From positions 134,354,001-134,418,000 of the forward strand of contig OX597817.1 in the NCBI GenBank assembly GCA_951406725.2: a DNA stretch of 64,000 nt, given 5' to 3'. Both the position numbers and the translations under genes were made by a program. The stretch is from Octopus vulgaris (taxonomy: Eukaryota). How positions within the stretch are numbered: the first letter of the stretch is position 1; each line of letters begins with the position of its first letter. Below are positions 52,448 through 64,000 of this stretch, piece after piece. Below the pieces are notes generated by a model. That model saw only the letters and a list, made by a program, of their open reading frames with translations. It was not told where the DNA came from and made no database searches.

Positions 52448-52836
52448 CTATTTCTTTACTACCTACAGGGGCTAAACACTGAGAGGACAAACAAGGACAG
52501 ACAAACGGATTAAGTCGATTTCATCAACCCCAGTGCATAACTGGTACTTATTTAATCGACCCCGAACGGATGAAAGGCAAAGTCGACCTCGGCGAAATTT
52601 GAACTCAGAACGTGTGACAGACGAAATACCTATTTCTTTACTACCCAGAAGGGGCTAAACACAGAGGGGACAAGCAAGGACAAACAGACGGATTAAGTCG
52701 ATTACACCGACCCCAGTGCGTAACTGGTAGTTATTTAATCAACCCCGAAAGGATGAAAGGCAAAGTCGACCTCGCCGGAATTTGAACTCAGAACTTAGCG
52801 GCAGACGAAATACCGCAAAGCATTTTGCCCGGCGTG
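52448..52836 (-). mobile_element. SINE family B, tandem dimer
   Basis: CTATTTCTTTACTACC begins units at 52448 and 52630 (period 182). Confidence 0.88.
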
Positions 52837-53316
52837 CCATCGTGATTATCATGATAATGATGGTGTGGGGTTAGTAGCGATGGTGGTGATAACGATGCAA
52901 ATATCGGTCTTATTTTAAGTTAATGATGACGCTCATAAAGCACGACAACGATGATGATGATGCTGATAGCGATGACGTCGACGACAGCGACGGCGTTGAT
53001 GATGATGATGATTATGATGATGACAATGACGCCCAAGATGACAGCGGGTGGTGCTGTTGTAGGTGACGGTGATAGCAGTAGTAGCTGATAGAAAAGTGAA
53101 GAAAAAAAGGGGAAAAAACACACACACAAGGATAATAAATAAATGTCAACTACAAGAAAAAAAAAACAAGGATGATAAATAAATGACAAGCATAAAAAAA
53201 AAAAACGAGACAAAAACAACAAATCAACCCACGAGTCTTTGACAGTTATTAAGACGTCAGATTTCGAAGAAAATGAGGGAAAATGTTTATGCATGTATAT
53301 GTATGTCTATGCATAT

Positions 53317-53349
<33 letters not shown>

Positions 53350-53416
53350 CGTGCAAACATACATATATAAGCATGCATACACATATTTCCAATTTTCTTC
53401 GAAAGTACTTATGTAC

Positions 53417-53448
<32 letters not shown>

Positions 53449-53693
53449 ATACACTCGTGCGCGCGCACACACACACACATACATACATATATATATATAT
53501 GTATGTATGTATATATATATATATGATCATTTATACACTTGTTAGTCTATTTACTTTCAAATGTCTCAGTCTGCTAAAAGATAAGATAATAATATACAGA
53601 GGAAAAAATATACGTAATTATATTAGTTTTCATCAATTTGTACACGAGAGGGGGAGAGGGAGGAAGTTGAGAGAATCGTAAAAGACAAAGAGA

Positions 53694-54610
53694 TACATAT
53701 ATATATATGTATATATATATACACATATATATAGACATATATATGTGTACATATATATATAGACATATATATGTGTACATATATATATAGACATATATAT
53801 GTGTACATATATATATATATATACATATATATGCATACATATATATAGATATATACATATATATGCATACATATATATAGATATATACATATATATGCAT
53901 ACATATATATAGATATATACATATATATGCATACATATATATAGATATATACATATATATGCATACATATATATAGATATATACATATATATGCATACAT
54001 ATATACATATAGATATATACATATATACATATAGATATATACATATATACATATAGATATATACATATATACATATATACATAGATATATACATATATAC
54101 ATAGATATATACATATATACATAGATATATACATATATACATATATATATACATATATACATATAGATAGGTACATATATACATATAGATAGGTACATAT
54201 ACATATACACAGGTACGTATAGATATAGATAGGTACGTATAGATAGGTACGTATAGATATAGATAGGTACATGTACACATGGGTACATGTACACATGGGT
54301 ACATGTACACATGGGTACATGTACACATGGATACATGTACACATGGGTACATGTACACATGGGTACATGTACACATGGGTACATGTACACATGGGTACAT
54401 GTACACATAGGTACATGTACACATAGGTACATGTACACATAGGTACATGTACACATAGGTACATGTACACATAGGTACATGTACACATAGGTACATGTAC
54501 ACATAGGTACATGTACACATAGGTACATGTACACATAGGTACATGTACACATAGGTACATATACACATAGGTACATGTACACATAGGTACATGTACATAT
54601 ACATACATAT
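53694..54610. repeat. Minisatellite with changing units (24, 30 and 16 bp)
   Basis: Ends in about 20 copies of ACATRGGTACATGTAC. Confidence 0.95.
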
Positions 54611-54915
54611 ATCTCATAACAACAATACGGCACAATTATTTCACCTCAATTGGCCCCGCTCTCTTTAACATTACACCAAAACACATTAAAACAGAAACTG
54701 ACCCTATAGGGATCAAGAAGTCTTTGGACAGATTCCTTCAAGAAATCCCGGATAAACCCCCTACACCCGGATATGTCTCTGTAAACAATAACTCTCTACT
54801 TGAGTGGGCCATAGTGCCCAAATTCTGACTTGAAAGACTTCACCAGGTGGTGCTATTAAGTTAGACATGGCCTGGGCCAATAATGGCCGAAACCTATCAA
54901 AGTAAGTATCAAAGT
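54611..54915 (+). mobile_element. CR1-clade LINE 3' end
   Basis: [19 protein letters not shown]...LDRFLQEIPDKP..PGY...NSLLEW*, then 3' UTR ending in a short TATCAAAG repeat. Confidence 0.85.
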
Positions 54916-55107
54916 ATATACATACATACATACATACATATATACATACATATATACATACATATATACATACATACATACATATATATATACATATATA
55001 CATACATATATATACATATATACATACATATATATACATATATACATACATATATATACATATATACATACATATATACATACATATATACATACATATA
55101 TACATAC

Positions 55108-55150
<43 letters not shown>

Positions 55151-55714
55151 CATATATATATACATATACATACATATATATATACATATACATACATATA
55201 TATATACATATACATACATATATATATATACATATACAGATATATACATATACATACATATATATACATGCACATACATATATATACATGCACATACATA
55301 TATATACATACACATACATATATATACATACACATACATATATATACATACATATAGATACATATATATAGATAGATACATATACATACATATATATAGA
55401 TAGATACATATACATACATATATATAGATAGATACATATACATACATATATATAGATAGATACATATACATACATATATATAGATATATATATATAGAGA
55501 TACATACATATACATACATATATATAGAGATACATACATATACATACATATATATAGAGATACATACATATACATACATATATATAGAGATACATACATA
55601 TACATACATATATATAGAGATACATACATATACATACATATATATAGAGATACATACATATACATACATATATATAGAGATACATACATATACATACATA
55701 TATATATATATATA

Positions 55715-55759
<45 letters not shown>

Positions 55760-56198
55760 CATACATATATATAGATACATATACATACATATATACAGAT
55801 ACATATACATACATATATACAGATACATATACATACATATATACAGATACATATACATACATATATATATATATATATATACATATATATATACGTTTAA
55901 ATATTTGTTGTGCAAGATTTTTTATGTGAAGCCGTGTGTTGAAACAGATATTGTTATATTTCGGAATGTACATGTACATATAGGTACATGTACATATAGG
56001 TACATGTACATATACACATAGGTACATGTACATATACACATAGGTACATGTACATATACATACGTATATACATACATATACATACGTATATACATACATA
56101 TACATACATATACATACATATACATACATACATACATACATACATACATACATACACATACATACATACATACATACATACATACATACATACATACA

Positions 56199-56232
<34 letters not shown>

Positions 56233-56382
56233 CATACATATATACACATACATACATATATACATACATACATATATACATATACATACATATATATATA
56301 CATATATACATACATACATACATACATACATACATACATACATACATACATACATACATACATACATACATACATACATACA

Positions 56383-56416
<34 letters not shown>

Positions 56417-56793
56417 CATACATATATACATACATATACATACATACATATATACATACATATATACATACATATATACATACATATATACATATATACA
56501 TACATACATACATACATATATACATACATATATACATACATATATACATATATACATACATACATATATACATACATACATATATACATATATACATACA
56601 TATATACATACATACATATATACATATATACATACATACATATATATATACATATATACATACATATATATATATACATATATACATACATATATATATA
56701 CATATATACATACATATATATATACATATATATATACATATATACATACATATATACATACATATATATATACATACATATATACATACATAT

Positions 56794-56848
<55 letters not shown>

Positions 56849-56896
56849 CATATACATACATACATATATATATACATACATATATAGATACATACA

Positions 56897-56932
<36 letters not shown>

Positions 56933-56994
56933 CATACATACATATATACATACATACATATATACATACATATATACATACATATATACATACA

Positions 56995-57028
<34 letters not shown>

Positions 57029-57335
57029 CATACATATATACATACATACATATATACATACATACATATATACATACATACATATATACATACATACATA
57101 TATACATACATACCTATATACATACATATATACATACATATATACATACATATATACATACATATATACATACATATATACATACATATATACATACATA
57201 TATATATATATACATACATACATATATATATACATATATACGTACATATATACATACATATATATATATACATATATACATATATATATACATATATACA
57301 TACATATATATACATATATACATACATATATATAC

Positions 57336-57370
<35 letters not shown>

Positions 57371-57953
57371 CATATATACATACATATATATACATATATA
57401 CATACATATACATATATACATACATATATATACATATATACATACATATATATACATATATACATATATATATATACATATATACATATATATATATACA
57501 TATATACATATATATATACATATATATATACATATATACATACATATATATATACATATATATATACATATACATATACAGATATATACATATACATACA
57601 CATACATATATATACATGCACATACATATATATACATACACATACATATATATACATACACATACATATATATACATACATATAGATACATATATAGACA
57701 TACACATACATATATATACATACATATAGATACATATATATAGATAGATACATATACGATACATATACATACATATATATAGATATATATCTAGAGAGAT
57801 ACATACATATACATACATATATATATAGAGATACATACATATACATACATATATATAGAGATACATACATATACATACATATATATAGAGATACATACAT
57901 ATACATACATATATATAGAGATACTTACATATACATACATATATATAGAGATA

Positions 57954-58035
<82 letters not shown>

Positions 58036-58445
58036 CATACATATATATAGATACATATACATACATATATACAGATACATATACATACATATATACAGAT
58101 ACATATACATACATATATACAGATACTTATACATACATATATATATATATATACATATATATATACGTTTAAATATTTGTTGTACAAGATTTTTTATGTG
58201 AAGCCGTGTGTTGAAACAGATATTGTTATATTTCGGAATGTACATGTACATATAGGTACATGTACATATACACATATGTACATATACACATAGGTACATG
58301 TACATATACATACGTATATACATACATATACATACGTATATACATACATATACATACATATATACATACATATACATACATATACATACATATACATACA
58401 TACATACATATACATACATACATACACATACATACATACATACAT

Positions 58446-58476
<31 letters not shown>

Positions 58477-58573
58477 CACATACATATATACACATACATA
58501 TATATATACATATATACATACATATATACATACATATATACATACATATATACATACATATATACATACATAT

Positions 58574-58604
<31 letters not shown>

Positions 58605-59424
58605 CATACATACATATATACATACATACATACATACATACATACATTTATACATACATACATATATACATACATACATATATACATACATACATATATA
58701 AATACATACATATATACATACATATATATATACATATATACATACATATATACATACATACATATATACATACATATATACATACATATATACATACATA
58801 TATACATACATATATACATACATACATATATACATACATACATATATACATACATATATACATACATATATACATACATATATACATACATATATACATA
58901 CATATATACATACATATATACATACATATATACATACATATATACATACATATATACATACATATATACATACATATATACATACATATATACATACATA
59001 CATATATACATATATACATACATACATATATACATACATACATATATACATACATATATACATACATACATATATATACATATATACATACATACATATA
59101 TATATACATATATACATACATATATATATACATATATATATACATATATACATACATATATACATATACATATACATATATATATATACATATATACATA
59201 CATATATACATATACATATACATATATATATATACATATATATATATACATATATATATACATATATATATATACATATATACATACATATATACATACA
59301 TATATACATACATATATACATACATATATACATACATATATACATACATATATACATACATATATACATACATATATACATACATATATACATACATATA
59401 TACATACATATATACATACATACA

Positions 59425-59458
<34 letters not shown>

Positions 59459-59557
59459 CATATATATATACATATATACATATATATATACATATATACA
59501 TATATATATACATATATACATACATATATATACATATATACATACATATATACATAC

Positions 59558-59618
<61 letters not shown>

Positions 59619-60384
59619 CATATATACATACATATATATACATATATACATATATATATACATATATATACATATATATATACATATATATATACATATA
59701 TATATACATATACATATACAGATATATACATATACATACACATACATACACATACATATATATACATACACATACATATATATACATACACATACATATA
59801 TATACATACATATAGATACATATATATAGATAGATACATATACGATACATATACATACATATATATAGATATATATATAGAGAGATACATACATATACAT
59901 AGATATATATATAGAGAGATACATACATATACATACATATATATATAGAGATACATACATATACATACATATATATAGAGATACATACATATACATACAT
60001 ATATATAGAGATACATACATATACATACATATATATAGAGATACATACATATACATACATATATATATAGAGATACATACATATACATACATATATATAG
60101 AGATACATACATATACATACATATATATATAGAGATACATACATATACATACATATATATAGAGATACATACATATACATACATATATATAGAGATACAT
60201 ACATATACATACATATATATAGAGATACATACATATACATACATATATATAGAGATACATACATATACATACATATATATAGAGATACATACATATACAT
60301 ACATATATATAGAGATACATACATATACATACATATATATAGAGATACATACATATACATACATATATATAGAGATACATACAT

Positions 60385-60463
<79 letters not shown>

Positions 60464-60549
60464 CATACATATATATAGATACATATACATACATATATAC
60501 AGATACATATACATACATATATACAGATACATATACATACATATATACA

Positions 60550-60590
<41 letters not shown>

Positions 60591-60671
60591 TATATACGTT
60601 TAAATATTTGTTGTGCAAGATTTTTTATGTGAAGTCGTGTGATGAAACAGATATTGTTATATTTCGGAATG
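54916..60671. repeat. Tandemly triplicated ~2.3-2.4-kb compound microsatellite block
   Basis: A unique ~77-bp anchor recurs at ~55892, 58163 and 60594, each preceded by the same ordered succession of sub-arrays including (GA)n. Confidence 0.9.
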
Positions 60672-60894
60672 GTCATATGGATAGTTTAGCCAATAAAAAC
60701 ACACGCACTATATATTTGGTGTTATTTTGCTTCTTAATCTTATTTCGGCCAGAGTTCTTTCGTCACACTGCTGTGACCGCATCAGTGGTCCTTTGTTTTC
60801 TTCTTTCTTATTTGTTTGTGTCTCTCCTTACTAACCGTCAGCCAAACAGGGCAGGGCCTGTTGAGAAAAAAAAATTATGTCCCAGTATACCTAT

Positions 60895-61845
60895 ATGTTG
60901 TGATCATGAATTGGGCAGGGGACGTATGGCCCGTGGTCCCATTCTTTGATGAACCTTGAAACTAATGTTCAGGTCGTTTGGGAAATGTTGGCTGTATATT
61001 CTCCAAATCTTACAAATAATGTACCGCTTGCGGCGGCGCTGGGGAGAGTAGAGTTTCAAGGCTTTAAGGCGGCCCCAGTAATCGAGATCATTCGTGCCTT
61101 CAATTCGTTTAGTGAGTGCCCTCTGGGGTGATTCAATCCTCAAGATGTTTTGTTTTGTACGGGTAGACTAGAAGGGGCAGCAGTAAGGAGGAGAGAAGTG
61201 GAATGATGACATCTTGTTCTATGGACCTGAAGGTTCTTAAGATCCAGGAGCTCATCCTATGAGCTATATCGACCTTATTGTTGATGTGGGCACTCCAACT
61301 GAGATTGTTATCAACAATTACACCCAGGTCTCTGATATTACTAGATGCTGTGAGCGATTCCCCTGAAGGATGAGAGTATGGCTGTTTTATTATAGTCTTT
61401 CTTCCAAAATGCATCAGCTCAAATTTTCCCTCGTTCAGTTGCATTTTGTTCTTGTCTGCACATTGACTGACAGCATATAGATCAGACTGGAGTGAAGTTC
61501 GGTCTTCTTCTTCTTCATTGATGATTTGCTGGAGCTTAGTGTCATCAGCAAATATTTTCACTTTGCAGTGATTTACGACGCTGGAAAGGTCATTATAAAG
61601 AGAAGCAGGCCCAAGACAGTGCTCTGAGGGACACCACTGGTGACTTTTGCTGGGCTTGAGTGGACTTCCTCGAGCACAACTTTTTGTGTTCTATTCTCCA
61701 GGAAATACGTAATCCAGTGTAGATGTTTTCCACGGATTCCAGCAGTTGCCAGTTTTGAGGGTAAGAATTTATGGTCAACCCTGTCGAACGCTTTACTGAA
61801 GTCAAGATATGTTACATCAGAGTTCGAACCTGTTCCCAAGGCTTT
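60895..61845 (-). mobile_element. CR1-clade LINE, RT-domain fragment, decayed
   Basis: YLDFSKAFDRVDH, SGVPQSTVLG, FADDTK, RDLGVIVD and DYWGRLKAL motifs. Confidence 0.92.
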
Positions 61846-61950
61846 TCGGGGTCGATGAAATAAATACCAATTGAGCACGAGAGTCGCTGTAATCGACTAA
61901 CTCCCTTCCCCGAACTTGCTGGTCTTGTGCCAAAATGTGAAATCATTGTT
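61846..61950 (+). mobile_element. SINE family B 3' fragment
   Basis: TCGGGGTCGAT...CTTGTGCC followed by (TTA)n. Confidence 0.7.
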
Positions 61951-62055
61951 ATTATAATTATTATTATTAGTAGTAGTAGTAGTAGGTTTCTACCCTCTTT
62001 TCACCCAATTCCAACTTCTTTGTCTCCTGCATATTAAAGTCTGACAATTGTCGTG

Positions 62056-62086
62056 CTGAAGACGGTTATTGAGCCCGAAACAAGTA
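62056..62086 (+). ncRNA. Decayed hammerhead-like core
   Basis: CTGAAGA-CGGTT(ATTG)AGCCC-GAAA-CAAG-TA; stem I is not supported. Confidence 0.35.
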
Positions 62087-62355
62087 TCTGCCATAGTCCA
62101 CATCTCTCCAAGAAAGAAATCTTTTCTTTTCCTTAAGAGCATACCAGATTTGGAGTATTGTTAATTCCTGAGATTGTCTCTTTCTCACTCACTTCTTATG
62201 AGGAGCTTATTTTAATTGACATTTGGTAATTATGACATTTCCTCGAGAGGTAAAGATTAATTATATGTGTGTATGTGTGTGTAGCCAAAAGTTAAGCACC
62301 AAAACATGTGAATTTTTACGTAATTATTATTGTTATGCATTCTGGTCATCATATA

Positions 62356-63179
62356 CGGTCAAAGCAATAAGTATCCGGACTGTAACAAAGCTGATGCTTG
62401 CAGAGTGAAGCTGCTTGGGAAAGATTGACCTTGACCTCTATTGCGCATGCGCACTAAGTTTTAACATCCGTCAGTTAGAGTAGTGCTTGGAAGGATGGTG
62501 AGCAACGTGTGATTTCGCATTAACCATGGCAAAGAAAACTCAGAGGTTTACGCAAAGTTGCAGAAGGTGTATGGAGAGGAGTACATGTGCCGCACGCAAG
62601 TGTTGGAGTGGTTCAGACGTTTCTAAGATGGCCGAAAAAATGTAAATAGTGACGAACGTTCTGGCAGACCCGGAACCAGCAGAACAGAGAATAACATCGC
62701 AGATGTGTGTGCAGCTGTGAGGGTAAATCGTCGAATTACCATCTGTGGTTATCAGAAGATGAGTAGAGTAATTAACTCAGCCCATTATCACTGAAGATTT
62801 GGGTATGAGACGCGTGTCTGCTAAGTCTGTTCCAAAACAGCTTCCAGCTGACCAAAAAGACACTCGGGTTTCAGTTGCACAAGATCTATTTGATTGTGTC
62901 GAGAACGATGAAAACATTTTTGAGAACTTCGCGTAGGCTTCTAGCAAAATTTGATGCAGATTCTCCGCTCAACTTTCTCTGTCATGGTTAATGCGATGAT
63001 CACACGCTACACACCTTCCTTCCAAGCCCTACTACAAACAGCTGAAGTGGGATAGAACGTTTAAATTTAGTGCACATGCATAGCAGAGTTCAAGGTCAGT
63101 ATTCGCCAAGCGGCTTTACTCTGTGTGCTTTAGCTTCGTTACTACAGCAGCAATCCGGATAATTATTGATCAGAACACG
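62356..63179 (+). mobile_element. Mariner-derived non-autonomous element with long inverted ends
   Basis: TA-flanked; transposase N-terminus (WFRRF, DERSGRP, LGMRRVSAKSVPK); 62925-63179 is an inverted copy of the 5' end. Confidence 0.85.
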
Positions 63180-64000
63180 TACAAGCACGAGTGTATTCAT
63201 TTTATTTATTTTATTCATGTATATTGTACATGATTTCTGGCTTGCCCTGTACACACACACACACACACATGTATGTTTATATATCTATTCATATATAACT
63301 ACACACACTCAACTTTTCAGTGGGGAATACATTTCAAACAAAACCATTTGATACAACTCGTTACATGCCATAGACTCAGGCGGTGTGTATATCAAAGCAG
63401 TTTGAAATATTGGCGGGAAATTGCGGATCTTTAGATCAATCGACGACTTGACAGATATTTTACACAAATACAGTCCTGTTTTTAAATCAATAAATCTCAC
63501 GACTCAACACTGAATATTATCGCAGGATGTCAAACTTTAGATCTCCATAATCATCAGAGCTCGAGATCTTTTGTAATCAAAACAACGAGATTTGCTCTGG
63601 AATTAGTAAAACATTGTAAAGTTGACAAACGTTTAACTGATCTAACGTTTCTTTCTGACATCAACATTAATTGACTTCGAACGAGAGACGTAGGTATTAT
63701 CTCCGGCTTGCTTCCAAATGAAGTGGTTTGCAGTTCGAATCTATGACCCGACACTTTAAGTGCTTTCTATCATATACTCTGGCCAAACAAAATCATATTG
63801 AAAGAAAACTGTGTGGAAGCCTTTCCGGGGAACATTTCTGATTAGGTGGCAATAATAATCACTCATCGTGTTTAACACAGCCTGGTGGTGGGTCGTCTTT
63901 TCTGTAGTCCGCGCCAGGTTTCTGATCTTAGAATAAATACTTTCCTTGTTCTCACCAATCTCCTGAACCCTGTTTAGAACTAGGATCCCTGCACCTGCTC

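Noticed and set aside
54270-54600. CRISPR-like regular repeats
   Set aside because: No unique spacers and no cas genes; a eukaryotic minisatellite.
53574-60676. Very long ORFs (up to 816 aa) rich in Y/I/C/M/V/H/T
   Set aside because: Translations of TA/CA microsatellites lacking stop codons; the same applies to 9434-9868, 17188-18393 and 36799-37365.

Overview
AT-rich, repeat-saturated eukaryotic non-coding DNA. The SINE families and microsatellite load suggest an octopus/coleoid cephalopod (inference). I can support no intact host gene, tRNA or rRNA; the long ORFs in the track are translations of microsatellites. Recognisable content: four or five SINE families, two full-length but decayed mariners, one fold-back mariner derivative, fragments of R4/Dong (RLE), Tx1/L1 and CR1 LINEs, a probable non-autonomous Helitron-like element, and a ~5.7-kb triplicated compound-microsatellite block. 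The most notable signal is about a dozen type I hammerhead ribozyme (HHR) motifs, ranging from canonical (23432-23477, 3581-3616) to decayed. They sit in short non-coding cassettes nested mostly in (TA)n/(TAA)n tracts. Four cassettes are asymmetric fold-back hairpins (1828-2193, 8184-8481, 21069-21435, 45980-46313); three of these carry an HHR or half-HHR in or at the loop. This resembles non-autonomous Penelope-like pLTR/retrozyme elements, with no partner RT recognisable in the window. All alignments and folds were done by eye; boundaries of decayed repeats are approximate.
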